DNA from: Vicugna vicugna
Taxonomy: Eukaryota
Length of the DNA: 64,000 bases
Assembly (NCBI GenBank): GCA_013265495.1
Contig: MU058337.1
Coordinates: 126,001-190,000, forward strand
Reading direction: 5' to 3'
Numbering within the stretch: the stretch's first letter is position 1; every line of letters begins with the position of its first letter. The notes beneath the pieces were generated by a model that ran no database searches, was not told where the DNA came from, and saw nothing but the letters and a program-made list of their open reading frames with translations. Shown one piece after another: positions 12,450 to 25,433 of this stretch. A program made the translations under genes and the position numbers.

Positions 12450-12620
12450 ATTTCATTCACTCACAGATGCCAAGTATATTCATGGAGCACGTACCACGTG
12501 CAGGATGTTCCCCACATGACACCTCTCTGTATGAGACAGAAATAGACGGGGACCTATGACGGGGACGGACGCAAGTTTACAAATCAGTAGCCTAAGGGAG
12601 CACAACCCTTGTCTCCTGAG
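12450..12620 (-). mobile_element. LINE-2 3' end fragment
   Basis: 'ttcattcactcac...tattcatggagcacgtaccacgtgcagg'. Confidence 0.5.
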
Positions 12621-13359
12621 GTAACAACGATGAGGAAAGATGACAAGGAAATAGCTGTGTGAGTTGCAAATAAACCTCTGGTAACTTTGTTCAATAATCC
12701 ATTTGTCCAAGTACAAGATTTCCTGTTCTTGTTCTCAAGATAGATTGTAAGTCAGGCGGCAACACTGTTTCAGGTTCCAGTGAGTAGAAACAGTGTGAGT
12801 GGAGACCATAAGTGTTTCTTCAAATCACAAAAGAAATCAACACATACTTGTCCATTCCTATTTTGCCACGGTCACCATTTTTTTAATGAAAGAGCAGGTC
12901 CAGCCACAAAAATGGATACTTAGAACTTATATAAGATAAGAACAGTTAAAGAAACACACAAGATGTTGGGGGAAAAAAAGCCCCTCAAATTATCACTTTA
13001 ATAGCAGCCTTTAATTTTTTTTTTCAATTAGAGGAAGACAATTCACTTTTGGTTTGTTATATGAATTTGGAATTTAATTTTTAAAATTTGGAAACACAGA
13101 ATCTTTCCAAACCAATTCATTGATACGAGTTAGAATTTTACTATCTCTGTGTTAGAGATAAGAAAACTAATGTTCGACTAAAACAAAGTTATTTGTACTC
13201 CATCAGCATTCAATACCAAAAAAAAAAAAAGTCATAACTCCAGGAGAATCTAAATAGGCTCCAAAGTGTTGAATTTGGGTGGAATCCTAGCTTAGGTTTA
13301 AGACACACACACACTCAGTCCTTCTACTGTTTATTTTGTAGAATGCCACAAAATGGTCC

Positions 13360-13485
13360 CTAGATACTAGAGTGTCATTCTCTTGAAGTCAGGGCCCTGT
13401 GTCTGACTTACCCTTTGTCTTATTGCACAGTGTCTGGATCATCGCAAGTGCTCAGTAAATGTTTGCTGAGTAAATAAATGAAAGT
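13360..13485 (+). mobile_element. LINE-2 3' end
   Basis: 'cttgaagtcagggccctgtgtctg...gcacagtgtctgg...gtgctcagtaaatgtttgctgagtaaataaatgaa'. Confidence 0.8.
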
Positions 13486-13934
13486 AACACTGACAGTGAT
13501 CACTGCCCACCTGTCTCGTTTATCTCACTGCTGCAGCTATCTCCAAAATGCTGATGCCTAGCCTCGCCTGTACTGACAGCAGCCCTGAATAAATGCACAT
13601 GTTTTCAGAGGTGGAACAGCTGCGTCTCTGGATGGAGACACGGCCAGCTGTTCAAAGGACAGTTCAGGTACAGGCTGGTAAAGCAGGAAGAGTCCATCTT
13701 TTACACTGTGCACCTCTATTTCCAAACACATTTAGGCAGTCACGGGATATGCATAATATTAATTGGTCTTCCATTTTAAAACCATCCCCTAGGTATGGAA
13801 GACATCACAATGGTTATGAAATGCAGTATAATTTTATCCACCTTGAACACAACCATGTGAGACTGTCATTTTTATAGATGAAAGGCTATGGCATTTCAGC
13901 AATTTCATATGCTTTAAGCTGAATAAATGTAAGG

Positions 13935-14535
13935 TGTGGCTCCTAGAGACTGGAAAGTGGAGGAGAGAATGGCCGCTCAGAAAAGGGTGACCGCCCGGAG
14001 TGAACAGCTGTATTTTACAAAATGAGGAGTTAAGAAATATCCTCTATGATCGATAGAATGATAGATGCAGGTTCAAGTATATTTTATTTTTATCTTTTTT
14101 TTACTAACAGAGGCACTGGAGATGGAACCCAGGACCTCATGCACGCCAAGCACACGCTCTACCACTGAGCTATAACCCCCACCTCCCAAGTACATTTTTT
14201 GAGGATACAAAGTTGAATGTATATTCAACTGAGCGGGTGAAAGGGAGCTGGAGGAAGGCATAACGGAAGGTAAGGGGTGAGCTAAATCCTTATCCATCAC
14301 AGCAGGCTATCGATAGACAATGCCTACGTAAAACCAGTGCATACTGGTACATACTGGTACGTTGTTAGGAATCTGGAGGTAACTCCCTAAAGAACTGAAA
14401 TCAGAAATAAATATGGTCGTATCTGGAGGGCAAAACTAGGTGAACACACTGTGGGGCAAGAGATTGCAGGTTTTTCTTACGAGCCCTTCAGTTCCGTTTA
14501 GTTTACAGTAACCACAGTGTGTACCACTTTGATAC
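13935..14535 (+). mobile_element. Very old L1ME/L1MC-type 3' UTR remnant, split by a SINE
   Basis: 'aaatccttatccatcacagcagg', 'ttgcaggtttttcttacgagcccttcagttc' resemble old L1M 3' UTR text. Confidence 0.4.
14086..14186 (-). mobile_element. tRNA-derived SINE (camelid vic-1-like)
   Basis: Reverse strand reads 'gggaggtgggggttatagctcagtggtagagcgtgtgcttggcgtgcatgaggtcctgggttccatctccagtgcctc' plus A-rich tail; TSD caagtatatttt (14074-14085) / caagtacatttt (14187-14198). Confidence 0.9.
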
Positions 14536-16475
14536 AAACATGTTTTACGGGAGTAACCAAAGAGTCTAACTTCTGAATCGGCTGTGAGTGTGGAACGAGC
14601 TACTGCAAATACAGGGCGAGCAGAGCCTGGCTTACGGGAAGCACTAATACTTTCCTCAAAGTCACTGTCACGGTTGAAAACGTCAGACAATCTAGATACT
14701 ATAATCCTACAAAAATACACCATGTTTTGTGAAAAACAAGGGAAAATGGGTGTAGTTTTAAGTTGCACTATACACATTATGGATGCATTTAAAATGTATG
14801 TTTATGTGTTCTCCAAAAAGAAAAGTAACTATTTTCCGCTACAAGCTTCAATCCTAGGTTATACCTAAGAATTTGCTGAGGCAGATATTAACTGAAAAAC
14901 TCACTTTCTTTCCTTCTTTGTCTTCTTTGCCAGTATTTTCTTTTTCTAACATATGATTCCCTCAGGATGACTTTCAGAATTCAGATTTATTATCTTTAGC
15001 TTTAATGAGAGCTAAGATTATCAAGAAAATGATTGCATTAAACTATGCTGACCCTAACTACCAAAAAGCAAAAGCAAAAACAGAAACAAAAACCCAAAAG
15101 GAGTTTGATAGTGAAATACGCACATTCTAAAGTTAACATAAGGGACTTAAAATTAGCTTGTGGAAAATGCAGGGTTAATCATGCCTGGGTTTTCCCTCCA
15201 CTCCTAAAAGGAAGTGTGAACTAGAGTTGACCCACTTACCATAGTGCGGATGAGAGGCTCCAACCAGAAAGAAAACACAAGCTTTGCAAATCTCTCGTCT
15301 GCATTGACTGAGTCTCTGCCTGCTGATCTGGTCCACACTCAGTGTCTGAGACATCGCTCTCCTCCCCCCAGCCCTCCCCAGGCAGCTGATGGGGCCAACT
15401 CCTATAAGTCAAAGCCTGACTTTAAAAAAAAAAAAAAACAAACAAACAGTCATTCTAGAAAACAAAGAAGCTCAGGTCGACCTAAAGGCAGCCCCAAATT
15501 CAGCCCACAGCACTTGGCTACTGCCTTTTGTGGCCGTCACACAGATCTGTAATTAACAAGGAGACTAAAGTCTGCACAAGGTAAGAGAAAATATGAAAGC
15601 CTTGAATTTGTAAAGGACTCTGACTTGGGCACTGCTTTTTATCTCCAGAAACACTCAAAGGAGCCAGTGTGGTGAACATCAGAGTCAAGGCAAGAAATAA
15701 AGCTAAACGTTTACCAGTAAGAAATGTCACTCAGGATGAAATGGAGGGGAGCTGAGGGAGGGAAAAGGAGGTGCGACAATCAGCAGCTTTATTTACTGGA
15801 AGGATCAGAGGCTGCCCAGAGCCAAGTCCTTGCTCTGTGTCAAAACACTCCCCAGCAGGTGGAGGGGCCCACGGCAGCACAGTAGCTAGGCAGCCCGACG
15901 CCTGGAGCATCCGTGCGGGAGCAGCCCTCATTAGAGACCAGGCGGAACTTGACTAGAAGATCATCACACTATAAGTGCAATGGTCATTTTAAACACTTGG
16001 GTACATAACTTAGTGTAATATTCAAAACTGTTTTTGAGGAAACTTGAAAAAAACCCAAAAAACTCAAGAGCAAGCTCTGAGTCAGGTCCAGATTTTTTTT
16101 CCGGACCTGGACCAGTCATGTTGGGCTGGGGAGATTTGACCTGATTCCTTGAATCCATTCAATTTTGCAGACTGAATGAAACAAACCTAACAATTCTATT
16201 TTAAAAAACTGAAGAAAAACTAACAAAGGCAGTGTGAACTATGGTTTTCCCAGTCTGACTGTCCAAACGTCTGTGGCTGATCACTGAAAAAAAGAGAGAT
16301 CTACAATTCAGGTTGATTAAAAAGGAGAAATAAAATGTACAGGAAGAACAAATCCCCGGGGGAAGTTAACAGTTGACATTTTTATCTCAGAATTTTTCAG
16401 GCAGTCAAAATACCCTTAAAATATGTAGATTGAATATATTTAAAAGAGTTCAAAGTCTGGGCAGGAATAAATTAT

Positions 16476-16548
16476 TACATGCATATATGTATTATATGTA
16501 TATGTGTGTATGTGTATACGTATGTACATGTGTGTGTCTATATATATG
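16476..16548. repeat. Degenerate (TA/TG)n low-complexity tract
   Basis: 'tacatgcatatatgtattatatgtatatgtgtgtatgtgtatacgtatgtacatgtgtgtgtctatatatatg'. Confidence 0.7.
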
Positions 16549-17109
16549 ATCCAGAAATCACCCTGGCTTAGCTCTCAGCAAAAGCAATCCATAACTGATC
16601 ACAAAGAAGGAAGAAAATACTCCCTTTTCTCAACTTTTGTGAGTCACAACATCACAGAATTTTTTACTTAGAAGGGCACTCACTGCCGACTGGATCAAGC
16701 TCCTTCCCAGCACAAGAGTCCCATCCAGCCAGGCCTGATATTTCTAGGCGCTCACGACTGCCACACATCAGGCAGAGATGCTACAGAATCTGTCACTTGC
16801 TCACAACACAGGTGGAGCCTAAGAGAACTCATCCGGCTGCAGGGGTCGTGTCACGCCACCCAGGAGGTGTTCAAGCACTGCGCCCCAGAGCTGCCTGAAC
16901 GTGTCCGGAACCAAAGGTTCCGCTGGGGACAGGTAACGGGGAAGTCCAGGATCAGAGCCAATCCTCCGGCTGGAACTTCAGCCTGTTTGTGGAAAGGGGG
17001 CAGGGCACCCTCACCCGGCTAGGAGGAGTGTGGCTGACAATGGTAGAATGAACCAGCTGGGATTCCAGAAACAGCTGAATTAGTCGGAGGGTGAGGGAAA
17101 CAAACCCAG

Positions 17110-18100
17110 GTGAAGGTGGAGAGGGACAGACAGTGCCCTCCAGCCCAGACCCCCAGGAGCCTCCTGAACTCACTGCCTGAGGGAGGACACACACCCCATC
17201 TCCGGAAGAGGGACTTGTTACAGGACTGGCACCTGAGTTAGGGAAGTTTGGAGTGGGTCCCAGGAACCAGGGTTCTCTCTCTCTGGGTCAGATGATGTCA
17301 GGACATCGGGTTCATTCCCTGGTCTCAGTGGTCTTCTCCCTCAGGAGGGAGGACTCCTAACCGCAGGACAAGGCTGTCATTGGTCAAAGAGCAGCGTCAC
17401 TCATGTTGACCAGAATGGGGGGCGTCTGGTAATTTCTGTGGCTTGAAGAATGTTCATGGTGCTTGGAGGGACCTAAAGATTATCATACTAAGTGAAGTAA
17501 ATCAGACAAAGACAATTATCATGTGACATCACTTACATGTGAAATTTAAAAAAAAATGAAACAAATGAACTTATTTCCAAAACAGAAACAGACTCACAGA
17601 CATAGAAAACACACTTACGGTTACCAAAGGGGAAAGAGATGAGGAGAGGTAACTACGGGATACTGACACGTTTTAACTGACTGTACTTCAATTAAAAACA
17701 CAAGGAATATAGGATTAGCAGATACGCACTACTGTATGTAAAATAGATAAAAAGCAAGGACCTACTGTACAGCACAGGGAACTATATTCAATATCTTGTA
17801 ATAACCTATGATGGAAAGAACTTGAAAAGGAATATATATATATGTATGTAACTGAATCACTTTGCTATACACCTGAAACTAATACAATATTGTAAGTCAA
17901 TTATATTTCAATAAATAAGTAAATAGAATAATGTTCATGTCTTTGTCTGTATTCATACGGGACGATGGAAGGACCTTGTTTCTGTCTTGACCCACCACAG
18001 ACACAGAGCGAAGCCAGTGCTGGGAGGAGTGCCCACGTCCAGCAGCAGACCAGCTCAGGCTGGCAGTGCGCGCCGGGCAGCCCCGCGCTCTCCTGGGAGG
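17110..18100 (-). mobile_element. Old ERV1 LTR (MER90/MER110-like), split by a younger L1
   Basis: 'aaggctgtcattggtcaaagagcagcgtcactcatgttgaccagaatggggggcgtctggt...aatgttcatg' resumes after the L1 as 'tctttgtctgtattca...ccttgtttctgtcttgacccaccacag'; subfamily from memory. Confidence 0.6.
17459..17925 (+). mobile_element. 5'-truncated cetartiodactyl-type L1 3' end
   Basis: 'gattatcatactaagtgaagtaaatcagacaaagac...ctactgtacagcacagggaactatattcaatatcttg...ttcaataaat'; 14-bp TSD gaagaatgttcatg (17445-17458) / gaataatgttcatg (17926-17939). Confidence 0.93.
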
Positions 18101-19297
18101 CGGGCTGGGGGTGTGGGGTGAGGCGTTCCTTCTGGACGGAAGGCCTGGCTTGCTGTCCAGCTCCTTGTGGGACCCTGGCAGACACTCTCCTGCAGTCACG
18201 TTCTAAGTGCAGCTCTGTCCCAGGTGTGAGGGGAGAGTGGGGACCCCTGATCCTGGGGGGAGGGTGGGGTGAGTGGAGTCACAGGTCGGGTCTGAGGGAG
18301 GCAGGGGCTGGGGCTGGAGGTATCAAACCCCTCACCAGCTGGTCCGGCCCACACCTGCCTAGTGTTCTAGGTAAACACTTCCCAGTGTCATGGATCAAAA
18401 GACACCACTATGTCAACCACAGTCTGTACTCCTCGCTGTTAAAATACACAGAGAAACTATGTATCTGCCAGACTTTGGCTTGTAAAGAATAGATTGTACC
18501 AGCCTGTCGCCGGGGTGCCTCGATGGGCCCAGACCAGGGAAGCCCTGTAGTCTCAGGAGCAGCTCACGCCCTGCCCCCGCCGCGCCGCCCCTGGGTAGGT
18601 GACCCCAGAACCCTCCACCAGGTCTCCGCTCTGTCGGATTAACCCGGGTCCAGCATCCCTTCCGCACCTGTCACACAGCTTAAATCGTCCAGTGTTGACT
18701 CATGCTTGGATTTTAAACTTCCCTAGAACAGTTCCTTGAATATTTCAGTTTATTTAATCTCTCCGTGTTGTGTTTTTACACCTAGCTGTAACTCTGCTCA
18801 ACACTTCTAATAAATTATGCGCATCTCAAGGAGCTGTCAGTCGTTTCTTAAGCATTATAGCCACCTGTACTTAGCCACCCTTCATCCGCTCGCACGTGTC
18901 AAGAGAGAAAGGATCACCCCAGTGGATAACATGGGAATGTCGGTAAGAGTTCGCATCTGTTACAGAGTAAGAGATGTTGTATTTCATCTGTGTTCACAGA
19001 ACCAGCAACAGAGGTATCACCAAACCAGGTCAGTTTAAGTCCATGGAGAGAGGGGCAATTTTATTTTGAAAGAATTATAGTTATCATTTCTTGTGGAAAA
19101 GAGCCCCGTGGCTTATGAATTCAGATAAATAAAAAATTATGTAGAAGTCTCCTAGTTCAACAGTGATATACTTTGTTTATTAAAAAAACAATCTTTTGCC
19201 ATCAAATCCTACGTGAATGGCCGCACGTTGCTAACAAAGCACTGAAGATAGAAAAAACCGCCATGCCGGCGAGGGAATACACTCCCCAGAATACGAC

Positions 19298-19803
19298 TGT
19301 AGGAACTGGGATGTGCCACCCCCAGATATGCCACTGTGCCACGTGGCCTGCTCTGTGCTGTCACTGCTGGCAAAACGGCCAGTGCAGGAGAGGCTTTCTC
19401 TGCACTCTGCCTGGAGACAAAGCCTCCCACAGAAAAAGGCAGAGTCGCAGATCACCCGCCCCCTCCAGCCGGAGCCTCCCTACCCGAGAAGGCGGGAGAC
19501 TAGAGGTGGACCTCACGCTGTGGTACCTCCCACCCCTTCTTCTAAGGGCGCATCCATCTTTCCAAAATCACTTATCCTGCCCTGGGAGGCTCACGCCCCT
19601 CCTCCCCTTCCCCTGTTGAATGGTATTGAACCCTGAATTCTAAGCCTTCTCTTTGGGTTACAAATTTCCCCCTGGTGTATACACAATGTATACAGTTGTA
19701 AAACTTCTAGCTGGTTTTTCTCTTGTCGATCTACCTTTTATTACAGGGGGTCTCAGCTAAGAACTCAAGGCAGCAGAGGAGAAATTATTTTTCCTGCCCT
19801 ACA
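19298..19803 (+). mobile_element. Solo LTR, MER34/MER39-like (ERV1)
   Basis: Starts 'tgtaggaactgggatgtgccacccccagatatgcc' and ends 'gctaagaactc...gagaaattatttttcctgccctaca' (TG...CA). Confidence 0.85.
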
Positions 19804-19813
19804 GTCGCTGAGT

Positions 19814-19858
19814 ACACACACACACACTCACACACACACTCACTCACACACTCACACA
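19814..19858. repeat. Interrupted (CA)n/(CACT)n microsatellite
   Basis: Direct reading. Confidence 0.9.
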
Positions 19859-20421
19859 GGATTTGTTCCTTAATGATTTTTCATTCTAAGTCTCAAAAAC
19901 TAGGTAAACATCTCTTGTCGCTTACTTTTGAATATTTTTTAACTCAAATGCTTCCATCCATAGAGTGCACACACCGGCAGGTCGGGTGCTCTCCCTCAGA
20001 GCTGCAGGAGTTCTCATGAGCGGCCCAGAAAGGGCGAGAAGACAGGAAATGCTCTTTCTTGCTTCTCCACACTCAGCCGTGTTACACTCAAAGTCAGGAC
20101 CTTTTCCAAATTTGCTAGAAAAAGACAGCGTCAAGCGCCAAATAAAAGCCTATTTAACTTCTTTTTATTTGAAACTTCAAAGTAGGTCATTTACACAGCG
20201 AGAAGGACAAGGAAGAAGAAAGAGAAAGCCGTTAACATACAAACGAAGACTCAACAACAGAGAAACCCAAATCCAAATGCTCCTTTTTTCTCTAAAGCAC
20301 ATTGTTCAGTATTATCGGGGAAAAAAGTCACAAAATTAGTTTCGTTGTTAAATTTCCTTCCAATCATTATGAAAGGCCATTGACTGTAAGCTAACAATGA
20401 AAAAGCAAAAAAAAAAAAAAA

Positions 20422-20452
20422 NNNNNNNNNNNNNNNNNNNNNNNNNNNNNNN
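20422..20452. other. Assembly gap (31 N) inside a poly-A tract
   Basis: N run flanked by A runs on both sides. Confidence 0.98.
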
Positions 20453-20744
20453 AAAAAAAAAAAAAAAAAACCCCAAAAAACAGCAGCCTAGTGCTCAAAA
20501 TAAAGGACTGGAAACATTAACCATTTATGAACCTGAAGGCCAGCCTTTTCTCTCTTTTAAAAAGCAAGTGACTCAGCGTTTTCTGTTGAACTCAGTTTTC
20601 AGCGATGTTGTCCTTTGCATGTTTAGGGAAAAAATCCTGTTCTCATCCACCAAGTCCATTTCCTGGAAGACTGGAGATCTTACTCACCTCAAAAATGAGG
20701 TTCTTGGTGACAGCAACCAAGCTCATGTTCCGGGGTGCCTCCTT

Positions 20745-20885
20745 CCTCCTTCTCAAACCTCAGGGTGCACACAAAGCATACAGGGGTCTTGTTCAAAAGC
20801 AAGTGGGATTCAAGAGACCTGACTCAGGACCTGCCCCAGCGTTTCCAATGAGCCCCAGGTGATGTCAATGATGCTGAACTCGGAA
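20745..20885. mobile_element. MER5-like hAT-Charlie MITE fragment
   Basis: 'ttctcaaacctcagggtgcac...gagccccaggtgatgtcaatgatgctg'. Confidence 0.6.
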
Positions 20886-20992
20886 AAACTTCAGCAACCC
20901 ACGACCCACACCCAGGACTCAGAGTAAGCACTTAGGTAGTAGGGACTGAACCTCTTTATGTTAAATGATTTCAACAAGTGGCCACAATACAC

Positions 20993-21468
20993 TGGGTCAG
21001 TTTCCTAGGGCTGTAGTCACCGAGGGCTGCAGCTGGGTGGGTTGCAACAGAAACTCATTCTTGCGGTGCAGGAGGCTAGAAATCTGAAATCAAGGTGTTG
21101 GCAGGGTTGTGTCGCCTTTGAACCCTCCGGGGGAGGATGCGTCCCCACCGCTTCTCATTTCTGGTGTGCCTGGTATTCTTGGCGTTCCTTGGGTGGTAGA
21201 CACATCACTCCGATCTCCACCTCCATCTCTGCATCATGCGTTTGTGTCTCCTCCGCCTCTATGTCCTCACACGACGTTCTCCTCTCTGGGCGTCTGTGTC
21301 CAAATGTCCCTCTTCTTATAAGGACATTGGGCTGGAGCCCACCTGACTTCAGCGTGATCTCATCTTAGTCAGTCTGCCAAATCCCTGTGTCCAAATAAGC
21401 TCACACCCACAGGTACCAGGGGCTAAAACTTCAACACGTCTTCACAGGACACGATTCAACCCAAAATG
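20993..21468 (-). mobile_element. MLT1 (MaLR) solo LTR, MLT1B/C-like
   Basis: 'cagtttcctagggctg...ggaggctagaaatctgaaatcaaggtgttggcaggg...tcttcttataaggac...ggacacgattcaaccc'. Confidence 0.88.
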
Positions 21469-21504
21469 CGTGCCCATCGCAGCAACGTTTGGGACCTGCT
21501 AAAG

Positions 21505-21659
21505 CTGTGTTTCTCCACACTCATTGCTCATCAGGACCACCTGGGGAACTTTCCCAATTACACCCAATAAGTCTGACCCTCCAGGGGTAAAACGAGGCAT
21601 CACCAAGTCTTTAAAGCCTCAGGCATTTCTAGTGCATTGCAAGGGTTGAGGACCACTGC
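21505..21659. mobile_element. MER5A-like hAT-Charlie MITE
   Basis: 'catcaggaccacctggggaactt...gcaagggttgaggaccactg' terminus. Confidence 0.7.
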
Positions 21660-22904
21660 CTAAGACGCAGCTTTTACAGCTCTTGTGAAAATGTGTACTC
21701 TTTCAAAACAGATGTTTGCATTTTCTTCTTAGCACGAACTGGAGGAAAATATACTGGTTAATTAGTCTATGCTAAATATACGCTGCTTAAAAAGCAGAGG
21801 CTTTTTGATAACACTCTTTAAAAACCCAAAAGTTTCTCATCAACGTAATTATAGATGTTTGGTAATTCCTTTAAAATGGACATAATACATATTATAAAAT
21901 AGTTACTTGGATATCTAGTCATTAGAGATGTTTAGAAATAAAGGTACAGGTTTAAGGAAGAAAATGCATATGAGAGAATTAAGCTGAAGAGATTTGAGTT
22001 TGGGAAATTAATCTGACTACATTCATGATATCTTAACACCATCTTCAAGTCTTGCCATGGTGTCCTCTCTCTAATTTTACTCCAAAGGGGCTATAATATA
22101 AAACTGTATTTGGACTATTCCCTCCAAATTGTTCCCAATTTCCCAGAGTCATGATTTCAGAAAACACTTGGAATGGCTTCTAAGTTTTTTAAATAGACAG
22201 GTGCATTTTCTCAGTAAAAGAGGAAAAGGAAGAATGAGGTATTCAGTAAGTACCGTCAGCCTGGACCTCTAGAAAACGCCGAGAAAAGGCTGAAATGAGC
22301 TATATTGGGTGCCGTCTTCTTCTCTGCACTGAGGACAACCCTATATCAGCATTTGCTTCACTGCTACAGGGATCACTGGCTAGACAGTAACAGCAATTTT
22401 ATGAAACAATAAAGTGCATGGTTTTCATTATAAGATGGCAAACAGTAAGGAGTCAGAGAAATACTGGTATATGATAATCCAGAGGAAAACAGTGTGTTAA
22501 TGAGAACAGCAGCTAGTAAACTGGGAGATACAGCTGAGTAACACGTGAGTAAAGCACTAACAGGGGAGTGTAGCCAAGCTGATTAATCAGGTTAACAGTA
22601 ACAAACAAGCCACACATCATGTTCAATGTGTGGGTTCCACAGAACTGGGACACAACCCATCATCCCAACCAGGACCCTGGAGAGGAGCAGTCGTCACTAT
22701 TAATAACCATGCAAGGACTGTCTCCCAACCTGAGATGTGTGGTCACTGTCCTCTTAACCTGCTCTGCCACGATGCTTGACTTCACTTTCCCTGCCACTGC
22801 CTTAGCCCTTTCTAATGTCTCTTCTACAAGCAAACATGAAAGAGCATGCTTTTAGTGCACAATCGATTCCAAAATGTACACAGAACCCACAAATACTGTA
22901 TCAT

Positions 22905-23255
22905 TTTATGAGTAAGAATAGGCTACATTATGCTGTGGGGAAACCAACCCCAAACCCCAGGGGCTGAAAACAACCCAAGCCTCCTTGTCCTCCGTGGTCT
23001 GCACCTGTCCCGGGTAGGCAAGGGCTCTGCCCAGGTTAGCTGGGAGCATCGCCAGCCCAGCCTCCAAGGCCCCCCCACAGGAGTGAGTGACCCGCCCTGG
23101 AAAAGACACAGGGACACTTTCTGTCTCATCTCATGTGCCCGAACTCACCATGTGGTGCCACCCAACCAAGAAAGGTCTAGATCATGCAGTCCTGCCTGGT
23201 GTCTGGAAGAGGTGTAGCGGAACCATTTGTAGCTGTAATTAATGAGCACCGTAAA
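22905..23255 (-). mobile_element. Old MLT1 (J/K-like) LTR
   Basis: 'ataggctacattatgctgtgg...aaccccaggggctgaaaacaac...acactttctgtctcatctcatgtgcccgaactcaccatgtggtgccacccaacc'. Confidence 0.65.
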
Positions 23256-23734
23256 ACTGCCGCCTCATTCAGGATCTCGAACCGTGCTCTTGTTCTAGAG
23301 ACCCTTCTAGTTCCAGGGGCTGAGACGGGGTTGCTTTGGGAGGGAGGCAGTCTGCTCTCTTTCTCTCCTTCTTAAGTAATTTTTTTCTGATTTTTGTCTT
23401 ATTTTATATTCTTTTTATAATTTTCTACTAAATGTAGACAAATCGGCTCCTGCGACAAAAATGCTACAGATCAGACCATATTTTACAGATGTCACTTTCT
23501 CTGAATTGAGTCACTGAATTTAGTCTTAAGTTGCTCTAACGAACATATACATAAATAATATTTGATCAGAAATCAGAGAGTGCAAACAGTTATGTGCATT
23601 TAAACTGATTCAAAATTGATTTTAATAGAGAATAAACCTCAGAGAGTCCCTCCTTCCTTTTAATTCTTAATTTTAATCTTCTGGTAATGCTTCCTCCATA
23701 GATATTAAAGTATTTTAACTCAAACAACAGTACA

Positions 23735-23975
23735 ATAAATGACATGGAAAAAGCAAGTTACCCAAAAGCATGATTCAGTATTTACAGAAATTAATGTATA
23801 TCTTATCTGTAAACTCCTTTTTGTTCAAGGACTGGATGCACAGGTGCCAGAAAGCTAGCGGTTACAGTTGTTCTGCTGGTGATACTGACGGCGGCTTTAA
23901 TTCCTTCATTTTTCTTATTGTTGTTTTCCAAATTTTCTTCTTTGTGCCAGAATCACCTTTGTAATTTAGAAAAAT
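23735..23975 (+). mobile_element. Ancient L1ME-type 3' end fragment
   Basis: 'gaaaaagcaagttac...ttttccaaattttcttc...atcacctttgtaatttagaaaaa'. Confidence 0.55.
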
Positions 23976-25433
23976 TACAGAGGAATACAAAATCCCAAAG
24001 CGAATAAATTATGATCATTCATCACCCCAACAACAGATCCATTTGTCAACAGATCCATTTTCATTACTTAAATTCTCTTCCATCTTTACCCATGTAAATG
24101 CAATAATATAAACCTTAATTTCATTGAAAATTATCACAAAATTAGCCTCAGTCTGAAAAAGTGACAAAATAAAATATATCACCTTCCTAACTATTCAAAA
24201 ATAGTGATATATCCCTGGATTGTACTATTTCAAGTCCATGATGCTTGCTTGTGCTGTTCATGCTGAAATGTGAGGTTCAAATCCACAATGTACTAACATT
24301 TAACAGTCTAACAACCCCAAAAGAATAATGTAATCATGTTTCAGGGAAGCTTTCTGTCTAAGTAATCTCTCTTCTAGAACCTCTGCATCTGAATACCGGA
24401 ATTCCGAGAGAACACCACCATCAACGCTGTCAACATGATGGATGGTCCTTTGTCTCGGCCCCTGGATGATTTACGGACAGGCTCTCAAAAGTGGCTCTTA
24501 TATCCTAGATCTTCTCAGATCAAAAATACGAAGAAACTAAATGTGTACAAAAGAAAATCCCTACATACATTTTTGTAAAAAGTAAAAATTAAAAATAAGA
24601 CAATCACTATTGCTCCTATCATTTTGTTTGGAACATAACAGCCAAAATGTACACCGTACAATTTTCAACTATTACTGATCTTTGAATGTTTTCTTTAATT
24701 TTCCAACATTCACCCATAAACTTGACTATAACATAGTCTGAATCTAAAATATCAACATTAAAGGTGAACATGATCATAACATTGCAATTAAGTATGTTTT
24801 AAAGTGATTTTCCGTACGTGATCCCATTTGGGGTGGAAGACCCTACAATTCTAGAGGTCAACAAAGAAGGTCATATTTTAATCATTCTTCACCTGCCAAA
24901 CAAGTCATAAACTTTTAGGCAATTACTTTAGACACCATAATGTTGCTTAATGCAAGCCTATCTTCCTTTTGTATGAAGGAATCTTCCTCTCCATTCCTCC
25001 CTTACCCCATTTCCACCACACACGCTCACATCCTTGATATGACCAGTCTCTATTTATTCCTCAAAATTCAACTCACTCATCACATGACACAGAGACAATC
25101 TCCAAAAACTGTATACAGACAAGAGCACTTGGTAACTGTCCCTGCTGTCTGGTCCTACAGCACCATTTCCTAATGTTTGCACTATGGATTGAGTGTTCTG
25201 CTCAGATATCTTCCTTGTTCCCTCGACTGGGTTTGGGTGTGCTGGGTGCTGAGGGCGGGGGTGTTTCTTTCCTGGCTGGAACATCCTCCTTCTCCTTAGA
25301 TCCTCAAGTCTGTTTCGCTCTGTACTTTCAGCATCTGTGCAGATGCCTTGTGCAGAATAAGCTGAACAGGTAACTGTGGGACGGGACAGGATGGAAGCGA
25401 ACTGAGATGCAAGGTCAAGAGCAAGGCATCAAC

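Noticed and set aside
12762..12796. 10-bp perfect inverted repeat (acactgtttc / gaaacagtgt) as a possible pre-miRNA
   Set aside because: Stem too short and does not extend; expected by chance
14086..14186. tRNA-like sequences (also 51462 and 54781) as tRNA genes
   Set aside because: A-rich tails, target-site duplications and degenerate stems identify them as SINEs
19294..19807. MER34-like LTR flanked by inverted cgac/gtcg, giving a 10-bp terminal inverted repeat
   Set aside because: Internal sequence is clearly an LTR; a 4-bp extension of the native TGTAGG/CCTACA ends is plausibly chance or TSD decay, not a DNA transposon
20397..20822. 141-aa ORF starting with poly-K
   Set aside because: Runs through a poly-A tract, an assembly gap and a MER5-like fragment
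24031..24060. Short tandem duplications (caacagatccattt twice; also 14341-14360, about 2975-2998 and about 39612-39650) as a CRISPR-like or functional array
   Set aside because: Only two units each with no spacer structure; ordinary slippage duplications in a mammalian genome
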